Shown here piece by piece: positions 48,903 to 58,360 of a DNA stretch of 64,000 bases. A model generated the notes under the pieces. The model saw nothing but the letters and a program-made list of their open reading frames with translations. It made no database searches and had not been told where the DNA came from. Position numbers and translations under genes: made by a program. The stretch is from NCBI GenBank assembly GCA_031082185.1, contig JAVHLI010000004.1, positions 11,608-75,607 of the forward strand. The letters are read 5' to 3'. This DNA is from a bacterium (lineage in GTDB: Bacteria > Sysuimicrobiota > Sysuimicrobiia > Sysuimicrobiales > Humicultoraceae). Positions within the stretch are counted from its first letter, which is position 1. Each line of letters starts with the position of its first letter.

Positions 48903-50417
48903 CTATCGCTCGATCGTCGCCCTCTCCAAAAGGTAGAGGGCGCCGTTGCCTATGATCCTGAAGCCCTTCACATACCCCTGAAGCACCTGTGTCTCCATGG
49001 GCACGTAGAGGAACAGGGCCGGGGCGGCCTCTATCAAGGCGCGCTGCAGCTCGTCGTAGATCGGCCTGCGCGCATCTGCCTCGAGGTTCACGCGGCCCCG
49101 CTCCAGCAGCCGGTCTATTGCCGCGTCCTTGAACAGGAAGTTGTTGACCCCTCCGGTGCTGTGGAACGTGCGGTACAGGAACCGGTCGGGATCCGGATCG
49201 CCCCCGCGCAGCTCGATCATCGTGTCGAAGTCGCGGGCAACCCACCGGTTGATGTAGGTTCCCCACTCGAGCGTCTCCAGCGTCGCGGTCACGCCGATCG
49301 CCCGGAGCTGCTCCTGGATCACCTGCGCCACCGCGATGCCTCCCTCGTAGGTCGGAGAGGTTACGATCCGCGTGGCGAAACCGGCCGGGTGTCCGGCCTC
49401 GGCTAGTAGCTGGCGGGCGCGCGCGATGTTCTGGGTATAGGACGGGAAGCGCGATGTCGGCAATGCCCACGGCGTGGGTGCCGATACCGGCCCTGAGACC
49501 GTCGCGAAGCCGAACTCCGCGGTGTTCACGATCGCCTGCCTGTCAATCGCGAACGAGAAGGCGTACCGCACCCTAGGGTCGGTGTAGGGCGGCCGGCTGG
49601 TGTTGAACGCGAAGATCCTAAGGTTGATGCCGGCCTTCTGCATAACGTTCAGCGCCGCCTCGCGCCGCGCCGCGGCAATCACCGGGCCCTGGTTTATCGT
49701 GGCCATGTCCAGCGCGCGCGTCCGAACGCCGGCAAGCAGCGATGCCTGATCAGGTATGACCCGGATGATCAGCGTGTCGAAGTTCGGGAGGCCGCTGCGG
49801 AAGTAGTTGGGGTTCTTCACGAGGCGCATGAAGTTGTCGGGCACCCATTCCGCCAGCATGTACGGTCCGGTGCCGGCGACGTTCCGCTGCAGGTTGCCGT
49901 GCCGCAAGACGGCCGCCTTCTCGACGATCGAGAGGTTGGCCGAGCACAGGCCGGACAGCAGCGATGCCAGCGGGAAGACCATCTTGACCCGCACCGTGTA
50001 GCGATCCGGGGTGTCAACCTCCTTGATGACGTCAATGAACGACCGGCCGGGTGCCCGCGTCGCCGGATCCAGCACGCGATCGAGGGTGAACTTCACGTCC
50101 TCGGACGTCATCTCGGCGCCGCTGTGGAACTTCACCCCGCGGCGCAGCCGGAAGATCGCGGTGCGGGGATCGGGGAACTCCCATGACTCGGCGAGATCCG
50201 GCTCGATCTCAAGCTTGTCGTTGTAGCGAACCAGCTTGTTGTACAGGAAGTCAATGCGCCGGAACGAAGAAAACGCGGTCACCAGGTTGGGATCCAGCCC
50301 CACGACCTCCTGGTCCACGCCTATTGTGAACGTTACACCGGCCGGGCCTGCGCGCACCGGCATCACGGGCAGCGCCAGCGCCACGACCACGAGCAATAAC
50401 CACCAGCGTCCTTTCAC
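48903..50417 (-). CDS. ABC transporter substrate-binding protein, family 5 (peptide/oligosaccharide).
   Basis: A signal peptide followed by the SBP_bac_5 fold. Confidence 0.85.
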   Translation of the reverse strand: MKGRWWLLLVVVALALPVMPVRAGPAGVTFTIGVDQEVVGLDPNLVTAFSSFRRIDFLYNKLVRYNDKLEIEPDLAESWEFPDPRTAIFRLRRGVKFHSGAEMTSEDVKFTLDRVLDPATRAPGRSFIDVIKEVDTPDRYTVRVKMVFPLASLLSGLCSANLSIVEKAAVLRHGNLQRNVAGTGPYMLAEWVPDNFMRLVKNPNYFRSGLPNFDTLIIRVIPDQASLLAGVRTRALDMATINQGPVIAAARREAALNVMQKAGINLRIFAFNTSRPPYTDPRVRYAFSFAIDRQAIVNTAEFGFATVSGPVSAPTPWALPTSRFPSYTQNIARARQLLAEAGHPAGFATRIVTSPTYEGGIAVAQVIQEQLRAIGVTATLETLEWGTYINRWVARDFDTMIELRGGDPDPDRFLYRTFHSTGGVNNFLFKDAAIDRLLERGRVNLEADARRPIYDELQRALIEAAPALFLYVPMETQVLQGYVKGFRIIGNGALYLLERATIER

Positions 50418-50463
50418 TGTAGTCCCCTCCTTGGATGTACCGTCTGTGATCTATCCTACCTCC

Positions 50464-51018
50464 CTATCCCTCCGTGAGCACTGCCTTTCGGTTCTTCGCG
50501 GCGATAGGTCCCCGCGTCTTGCGATAGAGGAGCTCGGTCACACCGCGCACTACGTAGTCTGGAATCGCCCCCACGCGAGTGTACCCCAAATCCTCGTAGA
50601 ACGCCTGCGCCGCCACATTGAAGTCGGCAACCAGCAGGAAGACGTTGGGGCCCGCCTTGAAGATCCGCTCCTCCGCGTAGCGCATCAGGGCCCGGCCCAC
50701 GCCACGCCCGCGCGCCTCCGGGGCCACACCCACCCACCGGACGTACCCGCTGTGGTGAAACGTGCCGGTGCGGTGAAACCAGATGAAACCCACGACCCGC
50801 CCTGCCTCGCACGCCACGGCCAGGACCCCGGCGTCGGGCGCGGCCGCACCTCCGCGGCCCTTGGATGCTCGGCCCTTGGACGCCAGCGCCCGCCTGATCG
50901 CGCCCCGGGCGCGCGGGAGCGTCTGGCCGTAGCGCTGCCACAGCCGCTCTCCCGCGACTATCCGCGCGCACGCCAGAACGTCGTCCGCCCGCATGCGGCG
51001 GGCCTGGATGGCCCCCAT
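50464..51018 (-). CDS. GNAT family N-acetyltransferase.
   Basis: The acetyl-CoA-binding motif VAPEARGRGVGRALM is present. Confidence 0.8.
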   Translation of the reverse strand: MGAIQARRMRADDVLACARIVAGERLWQRYGQTLPRARGAIRRALASKGRASKGRGGAAAPDAGVLAVACEAGRVVGFIWFHRTGTFHHSGYVRWVGVAPEARGRGVGRALMRYAEERIFKAGPNVFLLVADFNVAAQAFYEDLGYTRVGAIPDYVVRGVTELLYRKTRGPIAAKNRKAVLTEG

Positions 51019-51881
51019 CAGAACTTCTTCTCCGCGACCGCGTCCCGTGTCGCCCGCAGCGCCGCCAGCGTCTGCTCGTAGCGATGAAGCGCCACAGACA
51101 TCGTGATGGCGTCCACCACGGCGAGCTGCGCCATGCGGCTGGCGATCGCCGCGCCGCGGATACCTCCCTCGGACGAAACCGTGTTCAGGCGTATTGACGC
51201 AACTTTGTCGATCGGTGACGGTCCGTACCTGGTGATGGCCATCGTCGTCGCCCCGGCCGCCTGTGCCACTCCCAGCGCGTACACCGTGTCCCGGGTCGAG
51301 CCGGAGTCCGAGATGCCGACCGCGACGTCGCCGCGACGGAGCAGCGCGGCTGATACCGCCTGCATGTGCGGGTCCACAAAAGCCTGGGCGTCAATGCCGA
51401 TGCGCAGAAACTTCTGCTGCGCATCCATAGCGACGATTCCCGACGCGCCCACGCCGTAGAAGTCCACCCGCCGTGCTGCGGTGATCGCCTCGACCGCGCT
51501 CTCAAGCGCCCTGTCGTCCAGCACATCCAGGGTTTCCTCAAGGGCCCGGATTGAGATCCCGAACACCTTGCGCTTGACGGCGGGACTGTCATCGTCCGGC
51601 TCGATCTCCTCGTAGATCTGCCGCGGCGGGAGCACCAGGTCTCCAGCCAGCCGGATGCGCAGATCCTGATATCCGCGGCATCCTATGCGCCGGCACAGGC
51701 GCACGACCGTGGCCTCGCTCACGCGGGCCCGACCGGCTACGAGGGTGATCGAGGAATCCAAGACCTGACGGGGGTGCCGCAGGATGTAGGTGGCCAACCG
51801 GCGTTCCGCATCGGCGAGGCGGGGCCGGAGTTCGCGGAGCCGGGTTAGGCTTCCGATGCCGGTGTGGCGCTCGGGAGGCAT
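51018..51881 (-). CDS. murR: MurR/RpiR family transcriptional regulator (HTH_6 + SIS).
   Basis: An N-terminal HTH (ITLVAGRARVSEATVVRLCRRIG) and a C-terminal SIS domain. It lies adjacent to the murQ cluster. Confidence 0.8.
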   Translation of the reverse strand: MPPERHTGIGSLTRLRELRPRLADAERRLATYILRHPRQVLDSSITLVAGRARVSEATVVRLCRRIGCRGYQDLRIRLAGDLVLPPRQIYEEIEPDDDSPAVKRKVFGISIRALEETLDVLDDRALESAVEAITAARRVDFYGVGASGIVAMDAQQKFLRIGIDAQAFVDPHMQAVSAALLRRGDVAVGISDSGSTRDTVYALGVAQAAGATTMAITRYGPSPIDKVASIRLNTVSSEGGIRGAAIASRMAQLAVVDAITMSVALHRYEQTLAALRATRDAVAEKKF

Positions 51882-51990
51882 CGTTGTGTTCTTCTGTGGG
51901 GCGCGAAGATATCCTTCTGGTGTGCGAGGGTGGGGCGAAGTTTTTCTTCATCGCTCCGGCGCGTCTAGGGCGACAGGCGCCCCGCGGCAT

Positions 51991-54513
51991 GTGCCGAATC
52001 TACAGGATGCCGTGCGATGTATCCACGCGGGCGTCGCGCTGGTCAGTGCGGCGGCCCTGCTGCTGCAGATTGTCCTCACCCGGATCTTCTCAGTGGTGCA
52101 GTGGCACCACTTCGCCTTCATGGCGGTTGGGCTGGGGCTGCTGGGATTCGGGGCCAGCGGCACCGCGCTGGCCGTGTTCCCGGGATTGCGCCGGGCGCCG
52201 CTGCGTACCGCGGCGTGGGGCGCACTGCTGGTCGCGCCCTCGGTCGGCCTGGCCCTTCTGACGATCGCAGCCGTTCCCTTCGATGCCTATCTTATGGCGC
52301 TGGAGCCGGTGCAGGTTCTCTACCTGGCCGTCCAGGCAGCCGCGCTTGTGCTTCCCTTCCTATTCGCTGGCCTGGTGGTGGGTGCGGTCCTGGCGGGCTT
52401 CCCCGATGCCGCCGGCAGCATCTACGCCGCTTCGTTCCTGGGGGCCGCGGGAGGCGCACTGGCAGCCGTACCCCTCCTGAGCGCCATCGGCGGGCCACAG
52501 GGCATGATCGCCTCCGCCGCCCTGGCGACATCAGGAGCGGCGCTGCTCTGGCAGGCCGGTCCGACGCCTAAGCACAGTCCAGCCCCCAAGGACGGTTCAG
52601 CGCCTGATCGCAGGCCTGCGGTCACCGCGGCGGCCCTGGCCGTTCTGACGGCGCTTGCCGCGCTGGTTCCTCTGGATCTCCCCATGTCATCCTACAAGGC
52701 CCTCAGCCAGTTGCGACGTTTTCCCGACGCGAGGGTGGAGTTCTCAAAATGGAACGCGATATCCAGGGTGGACGTGGTGCAGAGTACGGCGGTACGCTCG
52801 GCTCCTGGGTTGAGCGTGACGTTTGCCGGCGTGCCGCCGGCGCTACCTGGGCTGACCGTTGACGGGGACGGTCCCCGCGGCCTGCCCGCCGGTGTGGACG
52901 CCGCGTTCACCGAGTTCCTGCCGTCGGCAGTGGCATATCGCCTGCGCCGGGGGCGGACGCTGGTCGTGGGCATGGGTCTGGAGGTGCTCGGCGCGCTGCG
53001 GCACGGGATGGCGCCGGTGATCGTAGTGGAAGCCAACCCGCTGGTCGTCGAGGCCGCGCAGCGCTTCGGCGGGGGTCTGCCCTACGGGCAGCCCGCGCAC
53101 GTAGCCACCGCACTGATAGGCGCGCGCGTCGTAGTTGAGAACCCGCGAACGTACCTGCGCCGGACCCGCGAGCGTTTCGATCTCATCCAGGTCCCGCCCC
53201 AGGAGTCATTCCATGTTGTGGCCTCTGGCGCGTTCTCACTCGCCGAGAACCACCTCTACACGGTCGAGGCCCTGCACGACTACCTCGACCGGCTGGCGCC
53301 GGGCGGCGTGCTGGCGATCACCCGCTGGATCCAGACTCCGCCGAGCGAGGAGATCCGCGTCTGGGCCGCGGCGGTGGCTGCCCTCAGCGATGCCGACATA
53401 ACCTCCTGCCTGGCCGCGCTGCGCTCTCTCAACACGATGACGATCCTGGTCAAGCCGGAGGGGTTCACGCCGGCGGACGTGGCCGCGATCCGGGAGTTCG
53501 CCTCCTCGCGGCGGTTCGACATCACGTACGCGCCGGGTGTGGACGCCGCGGAGGGCAACCGGTACAACGTCCTCCCCAGGGACGTCCACCGGGAAGCCTT
53601 CACCGCGGTCCTCGATCCGGCCCGGCGCGAGGAGTTCTTGCGCGCCTATCCCTTCGATGTCCGCCCGGTCAGCGACGACCGGCCGTTCTTCTTCCACTTC
53701 TTTCGTTGGCGGCAAGTGCCGCAGATACTGGCAGGCCTGGGGCGGACGTGGCAGCCGTTCGGCGGCGGTGGCTACCTGGTGCTGCTGGCCATGCTGGCGA
53801 TCGTCACCCTGCTGAGTGCCGGCCTGATCTTGCTGCCGCTTCGGTATCTGACAAGAAACCAGCCGTCGGCCACGCCCACGGCACCTCGGCCCGCCCCACA
53901 ACGCGGCCCGGTCTTCCTATATTTCCTGGCCATCGGCGCCGGATACCTGTTCATCGAGATCCCGCTGCTCCAGCAGGCGATCCTCGTGCTGGGCCACCCC
54001 ACATACGCGCTGGCTGCGGTCCTGGCCGGCCTGCTGGTCGCCTCGGGAGCCGGAAGCTTGGCATCGCCGCTCGTCGGGCGGCGGCTGCCCGCGGTCCTCG
54101 CCGCCGCCGCCGTGGTCGCCGCTGCCGCCGCGCTGTTCCTCCCCGGGGTCTTCCAGACCAGCCTCGGGTTCGCGCTGCCTGTTCGTCTTGCAGTGATCGC
54201 CGCGGCCGTGCTGCCGCTGGGTCTGCTGATGGGCGTGCCCTTTCCAGCCGCGGTTCGGGCCCTGGGCCGCACGGATCCCGCGGCCATCCCATGGGCCTGG
54301 GGCGTCAACGGCTGCGCCTCAGTGATCGCTTCGGTCTTGGCGGCGATGGCGGCGCTGGAGTGGGGGTTCGGGATGGTGATGCTGCTGGGAGCGCTGGCCT
54401 ACGCGGGCGCGGCGGCCGTGATCGCGCCGTCGTCCGCATTTACCTCCTCACCAGCGGCACGAACATCACCGCCCCCAGACTGTGGAACTTCAACTGGCCG
54501 CCCTCCTTGGTGA
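51991..54513 (+). CDS. Large polytopic membrane protein with a spermidine-synthase-like (PABS) domain; a fused transporter/aminopropyltransferase-like protein.
   Basis: About 840 aa with many TM helices flanking a soluble domain (VVGMGLEVLGA...FDLIQVPP...GVLAITRW). I set the start at GTG 51991, because the first 67 codons of ORF 51790..54513 overlap murR. Confidence 0.55.
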   Translation: MPNLQDAVRCIHAGVALVSAAALLLQIVLTRIFSVVQWHHFAFMAVGLGLLGFGASGTALAVFPGLRRAPLRTAAWGALLVAPSVGLALLTIAAVPFDAYLMALEPVQVLYLAVQAAALVLPFLFAGLVVGAVLAGFPDAAGSIYAASFLGAAGGALAAVPLLSAIGGPQGMIASAALATSGAALLWQAGPTPKHSPAPKDGSAPDRRPAVTAAALAVLTALAALVPLDLPMSSYKALSQLRRFPDARVEFSKWNAISRVDVVQSTAVRSAPGLSVTFAGVPPALPGLTVDGDGPRGLPAGVDAAFTEFLPSAVAYRLRRGRTLVVGMGLEVLGALRHGMAPVIVVEANPLVVEAAQRFGGGLPYGQPAHVATALIGARVVVENPRTYLRRTRERFDLIQVPPQESFHVVASGAFSLAENHLYTVEALHDYLDRLAPGGVLAITRWIQTPPSEEIRVWAAAVAALSDADITSCLAALRSLNTMTILVKPEGFTPADVAAIREFASSRRFDITYAPGVDAAEGNRYNVLPRDVHREAFTAVLDPARREEFLRAYPFDVRPVSDDRPFFFHFFRWRQVPQILAGLGRTWQPFGGGGYLVLLAMLAIVTLLSAGLILLPLRYLTRNQPSATPTAPRPAPQRGPVFLYFLAIGAGYLFIEIPLLQQAILVLGHPTYALAAVLAGLLVASGAGSLASPLVGRRLPAVLAAAAVVAAAAALFLPGVFQTSLGFALPVRLAVIAAAVLPLGLLMGVPFPAAVRALGRTDPAAIPWAWGVNGCASVIASVLAAMAALEWGFGMVMLLGALAYAGAAAVIAPSSAFTSSPAARTSPPPDCGTSTGRPPW

Positions 54514-55141
54514 TCCGCCACAGCGTCTGCACCAGCCCCGGCGGACCTACCGGCACCACCATCCGCCCGCCTTCCTTCAGTTGGCGGACCAGCGGCGGCG
54601 GCACGTGGTCCGGCGCGGCGGTCACCAGGATCGCATCGAACGGCGCAGCCTCGGGCCAACCCAGGTAGCCGTCGCCGTTGCGCGTCCGCACCTTCCCGTA
54701 GCCCAGTTCCCGCAGCCCCCGCGCCGCGGACTGCGCCAGCGGCTCGATTATCTCAACGGTGTATACCCGGTCATGATCCGTCAACTCGGCCAGGATGGCG
54801 GCCTGGTAACCGGAGCCGGTACCGATCTCGAGGACGCGCTGCCCCGGCCGCACCGCCGCCTCCTCGGACATGAGGGCCACGATGTACGGCTGCGAGATCG
54901 TCTGGCCGAATCCGATGGGCAGCGGGTGGTCGTTGTAGGCCTGGCGAAGGTGGCGCTCAGGCACGAAGCGGTGCCTGGGCACGGTCAGCATCGCCCGCAG
55001 CACGCGCTCGCCGCGCACCCCGCGCGCTTTGATCTGGGTCTCCACCATTGCCCGGCGGGCCTCAACGTAGCGATCGGGGCCGGCCCATGCATCCGCACCG
55101 GCCACAGCGAGCACAACGATCAGGACGGCGATGCGAGACAC
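54440..55141 (-). CDS. pcm: Protein-L-isoaspartate O-methyltransferase, with a signal peptide.
   Basis: GTGSGYQAA and FDAILVTAA are present. Confidence 0.85.
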   Translation of the reverse strand: MSRIAVLIVVLAVAGADAWAGPDRYVEARRAMVETQIKARGVRGERVLRAMLTVPRHRFVPERHLRQAYNDHPLPIGFGQTISQPYIVALMSEEAAVRPGQRVLEIGTGSGYQAAILAELTDHDRVYTVEIIEPLAQSAARGLRELGYGKVRTRNGDGYLGWPEAAPFDAILVTAAPDHVPPPLVRQLKEGGRMVVPVGPPGLVQTLWRITKEGGQLKFHSLGAVMFVPLVRR

Positions 55142-55238
55142 GGCTGCACCTCCCTGCTGTGATGGTAGGGGCGCAGGGCCAGGTCGGGCAAGGGCCGAAG
55201 CGAAGAAGCGATAGGACCGCCATCGGAGGAGAACTGAC

Positions 55239-56144
55239 GTGACGCTATCGGGGCTTCATCTTCTTCTAACGTACCAGTGCAATCTCGAGTGCGACCACTG
55301 CTTCGTATGGGGCAGCACGCGGCAGAACGGAACGATGACCCTGCGGAGCATCCGGCGGGTCCTCCGGCAGGCCAGGAGCGTCGGCACAATCAAGTCCATC
55401 TACTTCGAGGGCGGCGAGCCCTTCCTTTACTACCCTGTCCTGGTAAGAGGGGTCCGGATGGCGGCGCGCATGGGCTTCCGCGTTGGCATCGTCTCGAACG
55501 GCTACTGGGCGACAACGGTGGAGGACGCGCTGGCGTGGCTGAGGCCGTTCGCGGGGCTAATCCAGGACCTGTCCGTGAGCAGCGACCTGTACCACTGGAG
55601 CGAGAAGCTGAGCCAGCAGGCCAGGGATGCGCGCGCGGCCGCGGAGAGGCTGCAGATCCCGGTCGGGACAATCAGCATCGCCCAGCCCGAGGCCACGAAT
55701 GCCGCGCCGGCGGCCGGCCAGTTGCCATCCGGCGAATCCGCGGTCATGTACCGTGGGCGGGCCGTGGAGAAGCTGGTCGCGCGGGCCGCCCGGCATCCCT
55801 GGGAGCAGTTCACGGAATGCCCGCACGAAGACCTGCGCGAGCCGGGCCGGGTGCACGTTGACCCGCTCGGCAACGTACACATCTGCCAGGGGATCGTGGT
55901 AGGCAACATGCTCCGGACGCCTCTGGAGAAGATCTGCCGCACCTACGATCCTGACAAGCATCCTGTCACCGGCCCGCTCCTCGCGGGCGGCCCGGCGGAG
56001 CTGGTGCGCCGCCACGGGCTGACCCACGAAGAGTGCTACGCGGACGCGTGCCACCTGTGCTACGAGAGCCGCCGGGTGCTGCGTGAGCGCTTCCCTGAGA
56101 TGCTTGCACCGGGCCAGATGTATGGAGCGGGCGAGGAGCAGTAG
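55239..56144 (+). CDS. Radical SAM domain protein, function unknown.
   Basis: A CxxxCxxC motif at residues 14-21 (CNLECDHC), plus an additional C-terminal Cys cluster (CYADACHLC). GTG start with GGAGGAG upstream. Confidence 0.75.
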   Translation: MTLSGLHLLLTYQCNLECDHCFVWGSTRQNGTMTLRSIRRVLRQARSVGTIKSIYFEGGEPFLYYPVLVRGVRMAARMGFRVGIVSNGYWATTVEDALAWLRPFAGLIQDLSVSSDLYHWSEKLSQQARDARAAAERLQIPVGTISIAQPEATNAAPAAGQLPSGESAVMYRGRAVEKLVARAARHPWEQFTECPHEDLREPGRVHVDPLGNVHICQGIVVGNMLRTPLEKICRTYDPDKHPVTGPLLAGGPAELVRRHGLTHEECYADACHLCYESRRVLRERFPEMLAPGQMYGAGEEQ

Positions 56145-56182
56145 ACGTTCGCGTCACGCCCTTCTTGACCTATAGAAGGGAT

Positions 56183-56205
56183 AGGGCTATACTTGGGATA
56201 GCCCT
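56183..56205. promoter_or_regulatory. Inverted repeat AGGGCTAT-n7-ATAGCCCT upstream of mazE; likely an autoregulatory operator.
   Basis: A perfect 8-bp inverted repeat seen in the sequence, 14 bp upstream of the mazE start. Confidence 0.4.
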
Positions 56206-56218
56206 GGGAGGTGCAGCG

Positions 56219-56467
56219 ATGATCACCAAGGTGCAGAAGTGGGGCAACAGCCAGGGGCTCCGCTTGAGCAAGGAGCTGCTTTCGAATGTTGAGATCGGCG
56301 TAGGGGATGCAGTCGACGTGGCGGTACGTGACGGTGCTCTCGTGGTGACGCCTGTTCGCCGCGTGCGAGGCGGCCGCGATCTGCGTGAACTAGTCCGACG
56401 TATTCCCAAGGACGACAAGACAAAGGAACTCGACTGGGGCCGGCCGGTAGGCAGGGAGGTCTGGTAG
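56219..56467 (+). CDS. mazE: MazE/AbrB-family antitoxin.
   Basis: MITKVQKWGNSQGLRLSKELL is the SpoVT/AbrB swapped hairpin. GGGAGG RBS. Confidence 0.8.
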   Translation: MITKVQKWGNSQGLRLSKELLSNVEIGVGDAVDVAVRDGALVVTPVRRVRGGRDLRELVRRIPKDDKTKELDWGRPVGREVW

Positions 56468-56803
56468 ATGGTGGAGTATGTCCCACGCAAGGGGGACTTC
56501 ATCGCCGTAAGCTTCGATCCCCGGTCTGGCCACGAGCAACGAGGGCGTCGGCCCGCCCTGGTGGTCAGCAACGACCTCTTCAACCGGCACACAGGCCTTT
56601 GCCTCGTCTGTCCTGTCACCAACACGCGCCGCGACTACCCTTTCCACGTATCGATTCCTGACAACAAAGAGATAATGGGCTTCGTCATGGTCGAGCAGGT
56701 CAAATCAATTGACTTCCGTTCCCGGAAAGCGAAGCGCATCGGAAGGGCGCCCGAACAGGTCTTGCAGGAAGCACTTTCGCTTCTCGACGCGGTTATCTAC
56801 TGA
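56468..56803 (+). CDS. mazF: MazF/PemK-family endoribonuclease toxin.
   Basis: PRKGDFIAVSFDPRSGHEQRGRRPALVVS is present. Its ATG sits immediately after the mazE stop. Confidence 0.85.
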   Translation: MVEYVPRKGDFIAVSFDPRSGHEQRGRRPALVVSNDLFNRHTGLCLVCPVTNTRRDYPFHVSIPDNKEIMGFVMVEQVKSIDFRSRKAKRIGRAPEQVLQEALSLLDAVIY

Positions 56804-56861
56804 GCGGGCTGACAGGCGCATCGGCACGGACTGGCTCGTGGCCAGTCGGTCAGGCGTGCCG

Positions 56862-58238
56862 TCAAGCCCCCGCAAACTCGTAGATGAAGCGCGCGACAGA
56901 CCGCTCGAACAGCCGCATCCCCTCCACGGTCGCGTACTCGTTGGGACTGTGGGGGCGTCCGCCGTGCCCCAGGCCGCCCGTGGCGAACGGCTGGTTGAGA
57001 ACCCTGCTGAACAGATAGAGCGGCGCGGATCCGGCCACGTGCGGCCAGATCTCCGGCTCGGCGCCCAGCGACCTGCAAGAGCGAATCAGCGACTGGACCA
57101 CGTGCTCGCTGACGCTCGTCTTAGCAGCGGGATAGCCCTCGTAGAAGTGAACCTCAAGGTCATCGCGGCCGATCCTCACCAGATGGTCCCGGATGCGCTG
57201 GCGCACCCGCTCCGGCTCCATGTTGGGGACGAGGCGCACGTCCATCTTGACGCGCACCTCATGCGGAAGGAGCGTCTTCATCCCCGGCCCGGTGTAACCG
57301 CCCCAGACGCCGTCTATGTTGAGCTGCGGATCGTACAGGTACCGCCGCAGCAGGTCGGCACCGTGGAGGTCGTACTTAAACCGTTCGGCGTCCCACATCC
57401 ACAGCTCGTTGGCAGGATCGAAGGTCCGGGCGAGCTGCTGGAGGAGCGCCTCGTCTTCGGCGCTGGGCGGGGCCACATCGTCGTAGAAGCCTTCGATCTG
57501 AATCTGCTCGGCATCGTCCATCATGGTGGCCAGGGCGCTGGTCAGACGCCAGAGGGGGTTACCCACCCAGACCGCGTTGCACCCGTGCACGCCACGGGTA
57601 CGGGGACCGCCCCAGGCGCCTCCGCGGCAGGCGATCTCGAAGTACTGAATGCCCTTCACGCCCAGCCAAAGCACCGGCTTACCGTCGCGGTTCTGAGAGT
57701 AGAATGGGAAGTACGTGGCGTCGGCTCCCAGACGGTCCTTGTAGGCTTCGATGAACCCGGGCAGGTTACGGCTGCTGAGCTCTTCCTCTCCCTCCACCAC
57801 GAACTTCAAGTTCACCGGGAGCCGTCCGCGCACCGCCTGTATGCTCTCCAGAACGTTGAAGAGCCCGGCCAACGGGCCCTTGGTGTTGTACACGCCGCGG
57901 GCCACCATGCTGGGCCCGAACTCGGGCAGATCAACGATGTCGCCCGCAAACGGAGGCGCGATCCACTCCTCCCCTTCCACCGGCTGCACGTCGTACATGC
58001 CGTAGAGCAACAGGGTGCGGGGCGCCCCGACTGCTACCTCGCCGAAGACCACCGGCCAGCCAGGGGTGGGGACGATCTCCGCGGTCCCACCCAACCTCTG
58101 GATGGAGTCTCGCACCAGCTCGGCCATCTCGGCCATACCGGTGCCCTCGCCGCTGATGCTGGGCTGGCTGACGAACGACCTCACGCGTGAGATGTGGTCC
58201 TCGAACCGGGCGTCCATGTGGGCGAAGATGTCATCCAT
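56862..58238 (-). CDS. M20 family dipeptidase-like peptidase.
   Basis: 458 aa with YGMYDVQP and an M20 dimerisation region. Confidence 0.8.
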   Translation of the reverse strand: MDDIFAHMDARFEDHISRVRSFVSQPSISGEGTGMAEMAELVRDSIQRLGGTAEIVPTPGWPVVFGEVAVGAPRTLLLYGMYDVQPVEGEEWIAPPFAGDIVDLPEFGPSMVARGVYNTKGPLAGLFNVLESIQAVRGRLPVNLKFVVEGEEELSSRNLPGFIEAYKDRLGADATYFPFYSQNRDGKPVLWLGVKGIQYFEIACRGGAWGGPRTRGVHGCNAVWVGNPLWRLTSALATMMDDAEQIQIEGFYDDVAPPSAEDEALLQQLARTFDPANELWMWDAERFKYDLHGADLLRRYLYDPQLNIDGVWGGYTGPGMKTLLPHEVRVKMDVRLVPNMEPERVRQRIRDHLVRIGRDDLEVHFYEGYPAAKTSVSEHVVQSLIRSCRSLGAEPEIWPHVAGSAPLYLFSRVLNQPFATGGLGHGGRPHSPNEYATVEGMRLFERSVARFIYEFAGA

Positions 58239-58360
58239 GTGCGGGCTCCTGGCTGCGGCGGGGTGAAGGGTTGTGCCTTCCCGGGCCGGGGATCAGGAGA
58301 AGGGGGCGGAAACCCCGCCCCCTCTTCCTGTCGGTCACTGCCTTTGTAACCCTGCGCTGA

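Noticed and set aside
51790-51990. An N-terminal 67-codon extension of the large membrane protein ORF.
   Set aside because: It overlaps murR on the opposite strand, is Arg-rich, and is followed by a plausible GTG start at 51991 just before the first TM helix.
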